Shown here: positions 1 through 10,544 of the stretch, in pieces
Layout of the letters: each line of letters begins with the position of its first letter
Position numbering within the stretch: the stretch's first letter is position 1
Origin: a virus
Length of the DNA stretch: 64,000 nucleotides
IMG/VR virus record: IMGVR_UViG_3300025039_000014
Coordinates: 1-64,000 of that record
Strand: one strand, 5' to 3'
Position numbers and translations under genes: made by a program
The notes under the pieces: model-generated
What the model was told of the DNA's origin: nothing
The model's input: the letters and a program-made list of their open reading frames with translations, nothing else
The model's database searches: none

Positions 1-432
1 TCAAAGATCGGCAGTGGCCTCCCGAAATTTTTCTAGCACGCGTTCGACATTATCCTTGCTCTGGGTAATTGCAGGGTCTTTATAGTCGGTAGCTGTGCGC
101 CAGACCTCGAGGACAGCAAGCTCATTGGCTGTGACCTGCGTTTTCTCTGAGAGAATCTGATCGAATAGCGATCTCGTCTCTGGCATGTAAGCGTCGATGT
201 AGAGCTGGAACAGTTTGACCATGTCCGCATCCAACAGAGCGCGAGCCTGAGCCAATTTGATTAGTGGGAACCGGGTCGCACCAGACTTCACCATACTGAT
301 GAAGTTCGCGTTCTTGTAGCCGAGATGAGAGGCCATTTCTCGGTTGGTCAGACCCATCTTGAGCTGACGCTCTTCAAAGTAATCCCCGAACGGGTTTCGC
401 TTCACATCGCTGGATGGAGTTGGGTTCGCCAT
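1..432 (-). CDS. XRE-family HTH transcriptional regulator, candidate master repressor
   Basis: N-terminal HTH (LTNREMASHLGYKNANFISMVKSG); divergent from the main operons, with operator palindromes upstream. Confidence 0.75.
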   Translation of the reverse strand: MANPTPSSDVKRNPFGDYFEERQLKMGLTNREMASHLGYKNANFISMVKSGATRFPLIKLAQARALLDADMVKLFQLYIDAYMPETRSLFDQILSEKTQVTANELAVLEVWRTATDYKDPAITQSKDNVERVLEKFREATADL

Positions 433-506
433 ATTACTCGCCTTTAGAATTGGTGCTGATCGTCTTTCCCTCCCGGTCAGCTATATCAATTCTTATACCT
501 GCTAGT

Positions 507-528
507 TAGTAAGTCAATAGTTACTGAC
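507..528. promoter_or_regulatory. GTAAG-palindrome operator copy
   Basis: TAGTAAGTCAATAGTTACTGAC upstream of the XRE gene. Confidence 0.65.
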
Positions 529-563
529 TCTTGGGTGCAGGGATTGTCTAAAAATCACTCCTA

Positions 564-582
564 GGTATTAGGAGCTAATACC
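564..582. promoter_or_regulatory. 8-3-8 inverted repeat, second operator type
   Basis: GGTATTAG-GAG-CTAATACC in the divergent intergenic region. Confidence 0.45.
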
Positions 583-661
583 CCTGGGTATGAGTGTCTG
601 CGGGGCGCGACGCACTGTTACGGAATTGTTTGTCTGATGCAAAGATTCGTGACTATTTCAG

Positions 662-720
662 TTGACCATGATGAATCTCGCCCATTACTATAAGAGCCGT
701 TAGGTAAGCAGTTGCTTACC
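662..720 (+). promoter_or_regulatory. sigma70-like promoter with operator
   Basis: TTGACC-N18-TACTAT followed by GGTAAGCA-GT-TGCTTACC (703-720). Confidence 0.6.
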
Positions 721-749
721 CTGTTCTCACCTCTCAATGGAAGTGACAC

Positions 750-947
750 ATGATTCACTCGGTTGCCCCGCTAACACAAGAAGAGTTCTTCGCGACCGCC
801 TTTGAGGCGCAGGAAGGTGCAGAGGGTCTACAAATTGTTGAGCCAGACTCGGCATGTCAGCTAATTTTCACCGCAGATCAACGATGTTTGTTCTATAACG
901 CCCTGACCGGCGCCACAGCATCCATCACCTTGGTCAGAGCCGCCTGA
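750..947 (+). CDS. hypothetical protein
   Basis: 65 aa ORF with GGAAG RBS downstream of the promoter. Confidence 0.6.
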   Translation: MIHSVAPLTQEEFFATAFEAQEGAEGLQIVEPDSACQLIFTADQRCLFYNALTGATASITLVRAA

Positions 948-1008
948 CTCAATTTTTTCTCGATCTACGATGAAAGCCAGTTCAAAAAGAATATGATTTT
1001 CAACGAGC

Positions 1009-1044
1009 AGGACAGGATGCCGCCACGCGCCCTGTCCTTTTTTT
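1009..1044 (+). terminator. intrinsic terminator
   Basis: AGGACAGG...CCTGTCCT stem followed by a T-run. Confidence 0.55.
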
Positions 1045-1056
1045 ATCGCCAAAAGG

Positions 1057-1076
1057 GTAAGTAAGTATTTACTTAA
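1057..1076. promoter_or_regulatory. GTAAG-palindrome operator copy
   Basis: GTAAGTAAGTATTTACTTAA upstream of the CobT-like gene. Confidence 0.75.
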
Positions 1077-1149
1077 CCATAAGAAGTTCGGATGATCCCC
1101 TGCGAGTCATAAATCATCATTGACATAACACGAAAACACGAGCGCTCCC

Positions 1150-3564
1150 ATGACCGACCTCAGCACTACTCACCACATCAACATCAGCGAAATGCGCGAT
1201 GCCATGAGCATCGTGGTGAAGCTCCTGGCCAACAAGGGCGTGAAGGTGACGCAGGCCGGACTCAAGGCGTATGTCCAATACGACACCAGGACGCTCGAAC
1301 CGGTGCGCGTAAACATTCCTATGATAAGTGACAAGTCGTCACCTGAGCTGGTCGTTGCGATCAAAGGCTTCATCGATCACGAAGTCGGCCATCTGCTGTT
1401 CTCCGATTCCAAGATCATCATGCGCGCCCACGATGAACGCATCGCCAACATGCACAACATCGTCGAAGACACCTTTATCGAGCGGAAGATGAAGGAAGCC
1501 TTCGCAGGCGCTACCCGGAACATCGATGCGACCCTGGAATTCGCCGTCAAGCATTTCTTCCAGCGGCGCTATGACGCAACCATCGAGCAGTTCCGCGAGG
1601 CAGATGGGGCGATCAGTCAGGCTCGATACTTCGTTCACGCCCTCGCATGCCCTGCCCTTCGTGCTCTCGCTGGTCACGAAGCAGCCATCGAGTTCATGAC
1701 GGACAAGTGGGAATTGATTCCAATCGTCTACGAGAACCTGGAGCCGCTTTCGGATCAGCTGCGCAGCGTGGATAGCTCATTCCAGGCGTTGAAGATCGCG
1801 AACACCATCCGCGACATTCTGGCCAACTGCGAGACGGAGGAAGAAGAGCAGCGCCGCAAGGAGCAGGAAGAGGCTGAATCGGAAGACGGCGACGATGAAG
1901 ATTCCGGCTCTGGAAGCTCGATGCCATCGAAAGGCAAGTCGAAATCCACCAGTGCTCCGAGCAAGGGTGAGAGTCCGTCATCACCTGGCGATCGCATCTT
2001 CGATGATGAAGCCTCCGGCGGTGGCGCAGGGGATGAGTCTGGGAAATCCGATGCCAAGGATGAATCCAAAAGCGAAGGCGCTGGCTCCGGTGACGATGAT
2101 GCCGAGGAAAGCGATGAAGGTTCAGGATCAGGCTCTGACGAGGAAGGCGAGGAATCGGACGAAGGGTCCGGCACCGACTCCGAAGACGACGAAACTGATG
2201 TCGATGATGAGGCAGAAGACGAAGACGCCGAGAAGCCCAAAGGGGCCGCGGATACCACGATGAATGATGACGGGTCTGACGCCAACGCCGCTGATGACGG
2301 CGATGAGGGCGATGAAGAGGCTGACGACGGCGATACCGAGTCTGACGAGAGCGATGGTGAAGGTGACGACGGCTGGGGCGACTCGGAAGACGAAGACGGT
2401 GAAGAGGATGACGAAGAAGACGACGCCGAGCCCTACGACAACGGCATGACCGGCACCGAGAAAGACCTAGAGAAATCGGAAGGCTCTGCCGGCGGAAAGA
2501 CCGGTCACAGTGACGGAAAAATGGAGTCTCATGGCACGCTGGACGAAGCCATCGAAGACACCACGTCGTTCGATGCCGCACTGGAGCAGGTCATCACCGA
2601 AGGCGCCAAGGAGTCTCTGTCGAGCCAGGGGTATACGCCCTTCTCCAACGCCAACGATTTCATCGGCAAGCACGTCGTCCCGAGTCGTCTCGTTGAGGTA
2701 GCCAAAAAACGCAAGGGCGAACTTCGTGAGCACAACCAGGAGCGCATCGGAGTCATGGCCAAGTCGCTCGAACGCCTGATGTCGGCACGGAACCGCTCTA
2801 TGTTCGTGCCGGGATTCAAATCAGGCCGCTTGCACTCGGCGAATCTCTACAAGCTCAAGACCGGCGACACCCGAGTGTTTCGCCGCAAGGAAGAGATCAG
2901 GACCAAGAACACGGCGGTTCTGCTGCTGATCGACTGCTCGGGCTCGATGACCTATCGCGACCGCATCGTCATCGCCTCGGAAGCAGCCTATGCCCTGGTC
3001 TCGTCTCTCGACCGCATCAACGTTGCCACGCAGGTCGTGGGGTTCACCACCAAGGATGAATTGGACCTTCACTACGAGGCCAAGCGTCAGCTGGAAGAGC
3101 TGGTCGAAGAGGATGAAAACTTCGAGGGTGGCTTCGATCGCACCGAGCCATTGCTAATGCCGATTTTCAAGACCTTCGAAGAGCGCATGACGCCCGACGT
3201 CGAGACCAGCATCGCTTCGATCCCGCTGATGGACTTACGCTCCAACGCCGACAGCGAGTCGGTGGAGATCGCGGCCAACATGCTCGCCAGACGAACCGAA
3301 GAGCGCAAGGTGCTCATCGTTCTGTCCGACGGCCGGCCGGCATGTGGAAGCGTCCACACCTCATACGGCATCAGTGACAAACGCCAGGAACTGCACCTCA
3401 AAAAAGTGATTGCGGAGGCGGAAGCGCGGGGCATCGAGACACTGGGGATCGGCATCGAGACCGACGCCGTGACCGAGTATTACCCCAAGTCCATGGTGTT
3501 GGAGGACGTCTCGGAACTGCCTGCCAAAGTCATGACCGAGATGTCGCGAATTCTTCTGAGTTAA
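1150..3564 (+). CDS. CobT-like vWA-domain protein with N-terminal HExxH and long acidic linker
   Basis: DHEVGH motif; D/E-rich linker; C-terminal vWA MIDAS (LLIDCSGSM ... VLSDG). Confidence 0.85.
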   Translation: MTDLSTTHHINISEMRDAMSIVVKLLANKGVKVTQAGLKAYVQYDTRTLEPVRVNIPMISDKSSPELVVAIKGFIDHEVGHLLFSDSKIIMRAHDERIANMHNIVEDTFIERKMKEAFAGATRNIDATLEFAVKHFFQRRYDATIEQFREADGAISQARYFVHALACPALRALAGHEAAIEFMTDKWELIPIVYENLEPLSDQLRSVDSSFQALKIANTIRDILANCETEEEEQRRKEQEEAESEDGDDEDSGSGSSMPSKGKSKSTSAPSKGESPSSPGDRIFDDEASGGGAGDESGKSDAKDESKSEGAGSGDDDAEESDEGSGSGSDEEGEESDEGSGTDSEDDETDVDDEAEDEDAEKPKGAADTTMNDDGSDANAADDGDEGDEEADDGDTESDESDGEGDDGWGDSEDEDGEEDDEEDDAEPYDNGMTGTEKDLEKSEGSAGGKTGHSDGKMESHGTLDEAIEDTTSFDAALEQVITEGAKESLSSQGYTPFSNANDFIGKHVVPSRLVEVAKKRKGELREHNQERIGVMAKSLERLMSARNRSMFVPGFKSGRLHSANLYKLKTGDTRVFRRKEEIRTKNTAVLLLIDCSGSMTYRDRIVIASEAAYALVSSLDRINVATQVVGFTTKDELDLHYEAKRQLEELVEEDENFEGGFDRTEPLLMPIFKTFEERMTPDVETSIASIPLMDLRSNADSESVEIAANMLARRTEERKVLIVLSDGRPACGSVHTSYGISDKRQELHLKKVIAEAEARGIETLGIGIETDAVTEYYPKSMVLEDVSELPAKVMTEMSRILLS

Positions 3565-3612
3565 CCACCCTTGAGCGTTTCGCACCCAGTGCGATTCGCT
3601 TATACTTTCATG

Positions 3613-3633
3613 AGTAAGTCATTACTTACTTAC
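3613..3633. promoter_or_regulatory. GTAAG-palindrome operator copy
   Basis: AGTAAGTCATTACTTACTTAC just after TATACT (3601-3606). Confidence 0.8.
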
Positions 3634-3655
3634 CTGTTTCTAACGAGGAACTATC

Positions 3656-4906
3656 ATGACCACCAGCGCTACCGACTCCACTGACGCTCTGCCCTACGAC
3701 ACGCACGCGCCCGACGGCAAAATCTACTGCCAGATCGACGGTGCTGCGGTTCATGTGATTCAGAATTACCTCAAGAAGAGTCACCCGGACGTCAGCCTCG
3801 ACGAATACAAGGACCGCTATCCCGGCGCCCCGCTGCTGTCCGAGATCGCCAAGGATGCCGTTCGCAAGCGTCGTGCCGAGAAGGAAAGCGAATCGACCGT
3901 CCAGACGAACATGGCCGGTGTCGGTGACGCGGCGACAAAAGCGACGTCTCGCGTGGTCCCCTTGCGCGCACGCTCCGACGACTACCGCATCATCACCGCC
4001 GACGTGATGAAGTTGATCGCCAACATCAAGAACGCCGGCAGCGCAGCGTCAATCCCGGTCAAGGTGTTCGAGAAGCACGAGTGGCAGGACATGGTTCCCG
4101 ACATCGATGAAAACTTCATCTGGGACCGCTTCCTGCTGCGCGACTGCATCGCCGCTTTCGACTTCGAGATCCCCGCTTACTTCTGGGGCCATGCTGGCAC
4201 CGGCAAGACCTCACTGTTCGAGCAGTATGCCGCGAACACCAACCGTCCGCTGATTCGTATCCAGCACACGGCCAATACGGAAGAAGCCCACATTCTCGGC
4301 ACCACGCTCGCGAATGAGCAAGGCACCTACTTTCAGCCGGGACCGTTGGCGCTGGCCATGAAGCACGGCTGGGTCTATCTGGCTGACGAATACGACTTCG
4401 CGTTCCCGCAGGTGCTGGGCGTCTATCAGCCCGTGCTGGAAGGCAACGCCCTGCTGATCAAGGAAGCTCCGCCCGAGTGGCGACGAATCGATCCGCATCC
4501 GCAGTTCCGATTCGTCGCGACCGGCAACACCAACGGATCGGGTGACGAGACGGGTCTGTATCAGGGCACCAACGTCCAGAACGCGGCCAACTACTCGCGC
4601 TACGGCATCGTCTCCAAGGTGGGTTATCTGGACCCGGAAGACGAGGCAGACATTCTGGAGAAGAAGGCGCTGATCAAGCGCGAGATGGCCAACAATCTGG
4701 TCGACTTCGCCACTCGGGTCCGTAATTCCTACGACCGGGGTGAAATCTCCAACACCATCGGCCCGCGTGAATTGCTCCACGCTGCCAAAGTCGGCGGTCT
4801 CTTCGGAGGCGACTTCCGCGCTGGATTGGATCGCGCCTTCGTCAACAAGCTGCCGGGCGCCTCTGCGATCGCGGCCCGTGAACTCGCAGAGCGAGTCTTT
4901 TCATGA
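3656..4906 (+). CDS. CobS/MoxR-like AAA+ ATPase
   Basis: Walker A GHAGTGKT, Walker B YLADE, FRFVATGN; partner of the vWA protein. Confidence 0.9.
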   Translation: MTTSATDSTDALPYDTHAPDGKIYCQIDGAAVHVIQNYLKKSHPDVSLDEYKDRYPGAPLLSEIAKDAVRKRRAEKESESTVQTNMAGVGDAATKATSRVVPLRARSDDYRIITADVMKLIANIKNAGSAASIPVKVFEKHEWQDMVPDIDENFIWDRFLLRDCIAAFDFEIPAYFWGHAGTGKTSLFEQYAANTNRPLIRIQHTANTEEAHILGTTLANEQGTYFQPGPLALAMKHGWVYLADEYDFAFPQVLGVYQPVLEGNALLIKEAPPEWRRIDPHPQFRFVATGNTNGSGDETGLYQGTNVQNAANYSRYGIVSKVGYLDPEDEADILEKKALIKREMANNLVDFATRVRNSYDRGEISNTIGPRELLHAAKVGGLFGGDFRAGLDRAFVNKLPGASAIAARELAERVFS

Positions 4907-5457
4907 CCCAGGCGGCACCCTCTAGCTCCATGGGGTGCTTTGGGAGCGCAGTGACATTCAATCCTGCCTCCCAAGCCTGCCGCTCCTGCTCCCGCATTAG
5001 CGAATGTCACTCACTCGCCCTTGCATCGACTCGGGTGATTCGCCCAGGGGCGAGAGCCACTTTCCTTGCTATCGAATACGCCATGCCGGACCTCGACGAG
5101 TCGTTGATCGACCTGATTCAACGCTCGCCAGTTTCCGATCAGATCAAGGGTATGGCCTATCGACTGCATCAACAGGGTTTTCGCGTGGAAGACGCCAGAT
5201 TGCAACTGTTGCAAGGCGTCAACCCGTTGACTCCCTACCGCACACGCACCGCCGCGATCCGCATTTTCGATTCCCTGATAGCAAAAACCCACTCACGCAA
5301 GGCCGACCTGGTTCAGATGCTGATCGATGACCAAGGCGTCAGTCGCTCGGCGGCCAGCGTTGAAGTGAGCCGCGCCCTGGCGCTGGGTGGATTGTTTGGC
5401 TGGATCGACGTGTCGCGCTTCACCGTAACGCTCAATATCGAGGCACGAGAACCATGA
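4903..5457 (+). CDS. hypothetical protein with N-terminal Cys cluster
   Basis: CFG...CRSC...C; ATGA coupling on both sides. Confidence 0.7.
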   Translation: MTQAAPSSSMGCFGSAVTFNPASQACRSCSRISECHSLALASTRVIRPGARATFLAIEYAMPDLDESLIDLIQRSPVSDQIKGMAYRLHQQGFRVEDARLQLLQGVNPLTPYRTRTAAIRIFDSLIAKTHSRKADLVQMLIDDQGVSRSAASVEVSRALALGGLFGWIDVSRFTVTLNIEAREP

Positions 5458-8400
5458 TTCTTTTCGGGAGAAGCCATTTCAGCGTAGGCGAAAGTATGCT
5501 CAAGCCGGCCGATATCATCGCGCTGGCTTCGTCGCTTGGATACTCCGCCGCCTGCCTGATGGACACCATGCAGATCAGCGGCATGATCGACTTCTCCAAA
5601 GCGGCCAAGGAGGCTGGCGTCAAGCCACTGATCGGTGTCCGCGTTCGCTGTGTGCCGGACCCGCTGCATCGTAAGCCGAAAAAAGGTGAGACCCATGAGG
5701 ACAAGCCTAATCCCGAGACGTTTCACGATGTCATCATCAAAAACGATGCAGGTCTCGGCGATATCTTCGAACTGCTGTCGCGGGCCTATTCCAGCCAGTA
5801 TTTCTACTATCGTGCCCGAGTCGGATTCGCAGACCTGGAAGAGGTCATTCAGCGCGGCAACCTGGTATCGCTCAACAGTGACGCTATGAGCGTGTTTCAC
5901 ACTCCGCACTATGACGACATCGCTTCACAGCTTCCCAGCGCTCAGAACGCAGAATTGAGCGTTCTAGCGATCCAACCGATCGAGACTCCTTATTACGATC
6001 AGCACAGCGCACGCGTGCTGGCGTATGCAGAGAAACACGACCTGCCGGTGATCGCTTATCTGCCGTGTTTTTACCTCGAGGGACAAGCCGACAGTCGCGA
6101 CATCTACCGCGTGATCGCTGAAAACTCGACCATCGATAATACCTTCGTCAAGAAGCCTTTTGCCCGCGATCTGCATCCGAAACGGGTCTGTGAATTGGCC
6201 GATGCACTCAAGGCATTCAGCCAGCGCATGGACCTCAAGGTCTCGAGCCAGATGCTGCGTCATCATCAGGTGATCGAGGACGCGGTCACGTATGAGTGGC
6301 ACAAGCTGCCGATCTCGCTGCCCAAGCTCTGCGATGACGAGGATGCCGAACTCGTGCGTCTGGCCAAGATCGGCTTCAAGGAGCGATTCTCCAAGCCGGT
6401 CATGGGCCACAAGCCCGACACGACGGAACTCCCCCTCTATCGCGACCGCCTGGCCTATGAGCTGTCGGTGCTGAAAACGATGGGCTTTGCCGGCTACTTC
6501 CTTCTGGTTCGTGACCTCGTCACCTGGTCCAAGGAGAGCGGCATTCTTGTTGGCCCCGGCCGCGGATCGGTCGGCGGATCGCTGGTGTCGTATCTACTCG
6601 GCATCACCGATGTCGACCCCATCCGCTTCGACCTGCTGTTCGAGCGATTCATCAACCCGGATCGACTCGATCTGCCCGACATCGACCTCGACTTCATGTC
6701 GTCGCGGCGCGGCGAGATCGTGATCTACCTGCGCGAGAAGTATGGCGCGGATCGTGTCGCCGGCATCACCAACTACTCGCAGCTCGGCTGCGCATCTGCC
6801 TTGCGCGACGTGGGGCGTGTTCACGGCCTGTCGATGTTCGATCTGGCCGTCTCCAAGAAGATCCCCGATGACGTGACACTCGAACAGGCTCGCGAGGCGG
6901 TGCCGGAGATCGAGAGCTATGCCAGCGCCAATCCTGATCTGTGGCGCCACTCCATCGCGCTCACCGGGGCGATGCGCTCATTCGGACAGCACGCCGCCGG
7001 TGTCATCGTCGGGGGTCAGCCGCTGATCAAGATGGCCGTCATCGAGTCGCGAACCCTCGATCCAGTGGTCAACTGGGACAAGCGCGTCTGCGAAGACATG
7101 GGCATGGTCAAGTTGGACGTCCTGGGACTTTCCAACCTGGACGTCATCCAACAGACCGTCGAGCGCGTGAAGGCACGCAAGGGCAAAGACCTCGACCTAC
7201 TCGACGTGTCGCTCGATCTGCCGGACGTGCTGGAGGCGTTCTCGCTGGGTCAAACCACTGCGGTCTTCCAGTTCGAAAGCGGCGGCATGAAGGGCTTGCT
7301 CAAAGACCTGGCGTTCATCGGCTGCCTGAACTTCGAAAACCTCGTCGCGGCGTCGGCGCTCTATCGTCCGGGTCCAATGGAATCCGGCATGCTCGAGACC
7401 TACGTCAACGTGACAAAGGGATTCGAAGCGCCCACCTATCCTCACCCGAAACTGGTGCCCGCGCTGGAGAAGACCCAAGGCGTTTTCATCTTTCAGGAGA
7501 ACGTCATGCAGGCCGCCCAGGCGTTGGCCGGATTCACCATGGCCGAAGCTGACGCGCTGCGCTCCGCGATGGGCAAGAAAGACGCCGTAAAAATGGCCAA
7601 GTCGCGTGATCTTTGGGTCGACGGCTGCATGCGCGAATCCGGCATGGAAGAGGAAGCTGCTGCCGATCTGTTCGACAAGATCGAGAAGTTCGCCGGCTAC
7701 GGCTTCAACCGTTCGCATTCCGTCGAATACACCATTTTGAGCTACTGGACCATGTTCTTGAAGGTCCGCCACCCCGCAGAATTCTTCGCCTCCTGTCTTT
7801 CCGTCATGGACTCCGACCGCATCCCCGGCCTCGTCGCGGATGCCTCAAAGCGAGGTATTTCCATTGGCCCGCCCGACATCAACACATCGACCGACCGCTA
7901 CGAGATTTATACCGATCCCACCACCGGAAGGGACACGCTGGTCGCCCCGCTCAATGCCGTCGCCAACATCAGCGACAAGGGTGCAAGAGCGATTATGGAG
8001 GCGCGAGAGACGGCCGGGGGATCGTTCACCGACCGAGACCAATTCTCGATGGCGGTCAACCGCCGGATCGTGAACGTGCGTGTCGTGCGCCATCTCGATC
8101 TCGTCGGTGCATTCGCATCGATCGAGCCCGGCACACCGTCGGCCACGGATTCCTCACGTCTCAAAGACCAGCTCACGCTGATGCCTGGCGTGCTCCAGAA
8201 GGTCGCCACCATCGAGCGCGACATGACCATCGACAAGTCGGTCGAGGCACGTCTTCTGAGCGTGGTGAACGACTACAGCCGTCACTATCACGACCGCTGG
8301 ACCAGCGTTCCGAAGATCGGCAAGCGGGCAAAGATCATGGTGATCTTCGACGCTCCGCTCTGGAGCGACGAGATCGAGGGAAAGTTGCTATCCGGCAAGC

Positions 8401-8783
8401 CCTATTTGTCGTGGACGACCGCCGCGCATCGCCTGGGTCTGGATCACGCCGACGTCTACTACACCACCCTCATGAAATTCGTGAAGGAGAAGGACGGTCA
8501 GTTCGAGACGACTGACATCGGCAAGTGCTCGGAATACCTGCTGCGCGAGATCGACGTGCTGAACCCGCCGGTGATCGTGACGATGGGCTCGCTTGTCACC
8601 CGTCTGGTCGCCGATGACAGCAAGAAGAAACCCGCTGAACTCGCTGGCAAAAGCATCTACGACCCGAAGAACGATCGCACCGTCATCTACGGATTCAACC
8701 AGGGAATGCTGTTCTTCAAACCCGAGATGACCGTTGACCTCGAGGGCTGCATTCGCAAGGCCATCGAAGCCGCTGGACTCTGA
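5454..8783 (+). CDS. dnaE: DNA polymerase III alpha subunit with C-terminal UDG-like domain
   Basis: PHP domain, GPGRGS, FERFINPDRLDLPDIDLDF, KLDVLGL, KFAGYGFNRSH. Confidence 0.95.
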   Translation: MILFGRSHFSVGESMLKPADIIALASSLGYSAACLMDTMQISGMIDFSKAAKEAGVKPLIGVRVRCVPDPLHRKPKKGETHEDKPNPETFHDVIIKNDAGLGDIFELLSRAYSSQYFYYRARVGFADLEEVIQRGNLVSLNSDAMSVFHTPHYDDIASQLPSAQNAELSVLAIQPIETPYYDQHSARVLAYAEKHDLPVIAYLPCFYLEGQADSRDIYRVIAENSTIDNTFVKKPFARDLHPKRVCELADALKAFSQRMDLKVSSQMLRHHQVIEDAVTYEWHKLPISLPKLCDDEDAELVRLAKIGFKERFSKPVMGHKPDTTELPLYRDRLAYELSVLKTMGFAGYFLLVRDLVTWSKESGILVGPGRGSVGGSLVSYLLGITDVDPIRFDLLFERFINPDRLDLPDIDLDFMSSRRGEIVIYLREKYGADRVAGITNYSQLGCASALRDVGRVHGLSMFDLAVSKKIPDDVTLEQAREAVPEIESYASANPDLWRHSIALTGAMRSFGQHAAGVIVGGQPLIKMAVIESRTLDPVVNWDKRVCEDMGMVKLDVLGLSNLDVIQQTVERVKARKGKDLDLLDVSLDLPDVLEAFSLGQTTAVFQFESGGMKGLLKDLAFIGCLNFENLVAASALYRPGPMESGMLETYVNVTKGFEAPTYPHPKLVPALEKTQGVFIFQENVMQAAQALAGFTMAEADALRSAMGKKDAVKMAKSRDLWVDGCMRESGMEEEAAADLFDKIEKFAGYGFNRSHSVEYTILSYWTMFLKVRHPAEFFASCLSVMDSDRIPGLVADASKRGISIGPPDINTSTDRYEIYTDPTTGRDTLVAPLNAVANISDKGARAIMEARETAGGSFTDRDQFSMAVNRRIVNVRVVRHLDLVGAFASIEPGTPSATDSSRLKDQLTLMPGVLQKVATIERDMTIDKSVEARLLSVVNDYSRHYHDRWTSVPKIGKRAKIMVIFDAPLWSDEIEGKLLSGKPYLSWTTAAHRLGLDHADVYYTTLMKFVKEKDGQFETTDIGKCSEYLLREIDVLNPPVIVTMGSLVTRLVADDSKKKPAELAGKSIYDPKNDRTVIYGFNQGMLFFKPEMTVDLEGCIRKAIEAAGL

Positions 8784-8853
8784 TTCCACCCCCTTCAATC
8801 CGCATCTGACACTAGCGCTGTCCACAAACGACAGCGCAATTCGAGAAACCGAT

Positions 8854-9108
8854 ATGCCCTACGCCACACAATCTGAAATCAACCTGGCCGAAGAACTCGG
8901 CTATGTCGTCGAAGTCAGTCAGCACTATGGCCACCGCTTCCACCTGGATCAGCGCCGAGTGTGGTCATCCTATGAATCACCTACCGGTATCCAGTGGATG
9001 ACCGCGGATATCGTCGAAGGGCGATTCGCCAATCATCAGCGCTTCCCAGTGCTGGGCGCAGCGCTTCGCCGGCCACTCACGGAGAAAGAGTCATGCCCGT
9101 CGTCATGA
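8854..9108 (+). CDS. hypothetical protein
   Basis: ORF from internal ATG with GAGA RBS. Confidence 0.6.
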   Translation: MPYATQSEINLAEELGYVVEVSQHYGHRFHLDQRRVWSSYESPTGIQWMTADIVEGRFANHQRFPVLGAALRRPLTEKESCPSS

Positions 9109-9413
9109 CCAAAGATCAGCGTCGCCATCTGGCGATTCTACGCATCAAGCGGCAGATGCCGGATGATTACGCTCAACTATTGATGCGCTTCAATATTCAT
9201 AGTGCTATCAATGGTCGGCCCAACCGACGCGACATGGACGAGAGTAATGCCTTGGTCATCTTCAAAGGTTGGAACGAGCGACCCGGCCATCGACAGTTTG
9301 AACTGTTGATTCTTCTGATCACCGACCACCCTACAAACGTTGAGGTCAGGGACCGAATCCGCTGCCGCATCGCCCGTAACATTCTTCATCGACGTCGGGA
9401 GAGGCCGCTATGA
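9093..9413 (+). CDS. hypothetical protein
   Basis: GGAG RBS; coupled to neighbours. Confidence 0.6.
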   Translation: MPVVMTKDQRRHLAILRIKRQMPDDYAQLLMRFNIHSAINGRPNRRDMDESNALVIFKGWNERPGHRQFELLILLITDHPTNVEVRDRIRCRIARNILHRRRERPL

Positions 9414-9601
9414 GACGTCTCGGTTGGATCATCGTTGATCTCATCGGCCGGGCTGGGTGTGCCGCTCTGATCAGCGCAATCGTCTGGCCGCTGACCGGAC
9501 ATCAACTCGATCATGCTCTAGCGATCGGAATTGTCGGTGGCACGGTCATGATGGCTGCGATCATTGCCTCCTGTCGGTTCGAGAAGAGAATCAAACCATG
9601 A
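9410..9601 (+). CDS. small two-TM membrane protein
   Basis: two hydrophobic stretches; ATGA overlaps. Confidence 0.6.
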   Translation: MRRLGWIIVDLIGRAGCAALISAIVWPLTGHQLDHALAIGIVGGTVMMAAIIASCRFEKRIKP

Positions 9602-10059
9602 GCTCGTATGGTTCGGTCGACTCGTTCGACTTCCCTCACATTCAAGACCGTAAAACTGGCGCCAAGCGCTGCTATAGCCGAAGCACGCTCAGAGGCACCA
9701 CCAGCCGATCGCTCAACCGCACAGAGAGCCTTGAACATTACGAGGCGCTGGAGAAGGAACTGGGTGAACGCATCGAGCAGGTCCACCGGGAGATGGCGTT
9801 CAAGTTTCTGGATTTTCTGCGCAGTCAGCTCGAAGGCTTCAAAACCCATCGACACGATATCTGGATCGACGCGGGCATGGGCACAACGAGTGTGATGGTT
9901 GGCGAAGAATTCGCCAGCGAGTATCGCTCGACCCTGCCGATCGTTGAACGGCTACAGGAGATTGATCAGCTCTTAGAGGGACGTTGGGAGTGGGTTTCCT
10001 ATCTGGAAGGCGCCAAGCTCAACGGCGAGGGTTGGATGCCAGGCTACGATCCAACATGA
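9598..10059 (+). CDS. hypothetical protein
   Basis: ATGA-coupled ORF (MSSYGS...). Confidence 0.65.
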   Translation: MSSYGSVDSFDFPHIQDRKTGAKRCYSRSTLRGTTSRSLNRTESLEHYEALEKELGERIEQVHREMAFKFLDFLRSQLEGFKTHRHDIWIDAGMGTTSVMVGEEFASEYRSTLPIVERLQEIDQLLEGRWEWVSYLEGAKLNGEGWMPGYDPT

Positions 10060-10116
10060 ACCCCGTTTGCGGAACAGTTACAATCCTCGAAGAATCAAAA
10101 CGATAAGGCGGGGAAC

Positions 10117-10452
10117 ATGAGCAGCAATTGGGAATGGTTCAGGGACGTCGACTGCGAGAAGGTGCGACGGTTTTTCAACGAAGAGATCAGCAAGGAGACA
10201 ACACCAGCGCGTTACACGCTGGTCGATCGAATTGCAGATTCGTCGAAAGCGGTAGGCTGCACGCTGATTGCGCTGAGCATCATGGGTGGCTGGATCAGCA
10301 ATGCGGAAGGTTCGAACTTCAACGCCTTCGTCGGCGTCACCCTCGGAACCGGCTGTCTCTCCCTGGGCTTGGTATTACACTGCCTAGTGGCTAAGATAGA
10401 TGCCAAGCAAGTCACGAAACCGGACTCACCGGAACAGGAGGTCCAATCATGA
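10117..10452 (+). CDS. membrane protein
   Basis: two hydrophobic segments; GGGGA RBS. Confidence 0.55.
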   Translation: MSSNWEWFRDVDCEKVRRFFNEEISKETTPARYTLVDRIADSSKAVGCTLIALSIMGGWISNAEGSNFNAFVGVTLGTGCLSLGLVLHCLVAKIDAKQVTKPDSPEQEVQS

Positions 10453-10544
10453 CCACGCTTCTGATCGCCTCGCCCTTCCTGCTTTTCATCGGCATCGCAG
10501 GGTTTTGGGCCATTCGCGTCACCCGACGAAGCACACGGCAATAA
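10449..10544 (+). CDS. 31 aa single-TM peptide (MTTLLIASPFLLFIGIAGFWAIRVTRRSTRQ)
   Basis: AGGAGG RBS, ATGA overlap; too short for the ORF track. Confidence 0.55.
   Translation: MTTLLIASPFLLFIGIAGFWAIRVTRRSTRQ

Noticed and set aside
1150-4906. Cobalamin biosynthesis (cobST)
   Set aside because: No cobN or other cob genes; phage vWA+AAA pairs are common and not tied to B12 synthesis.
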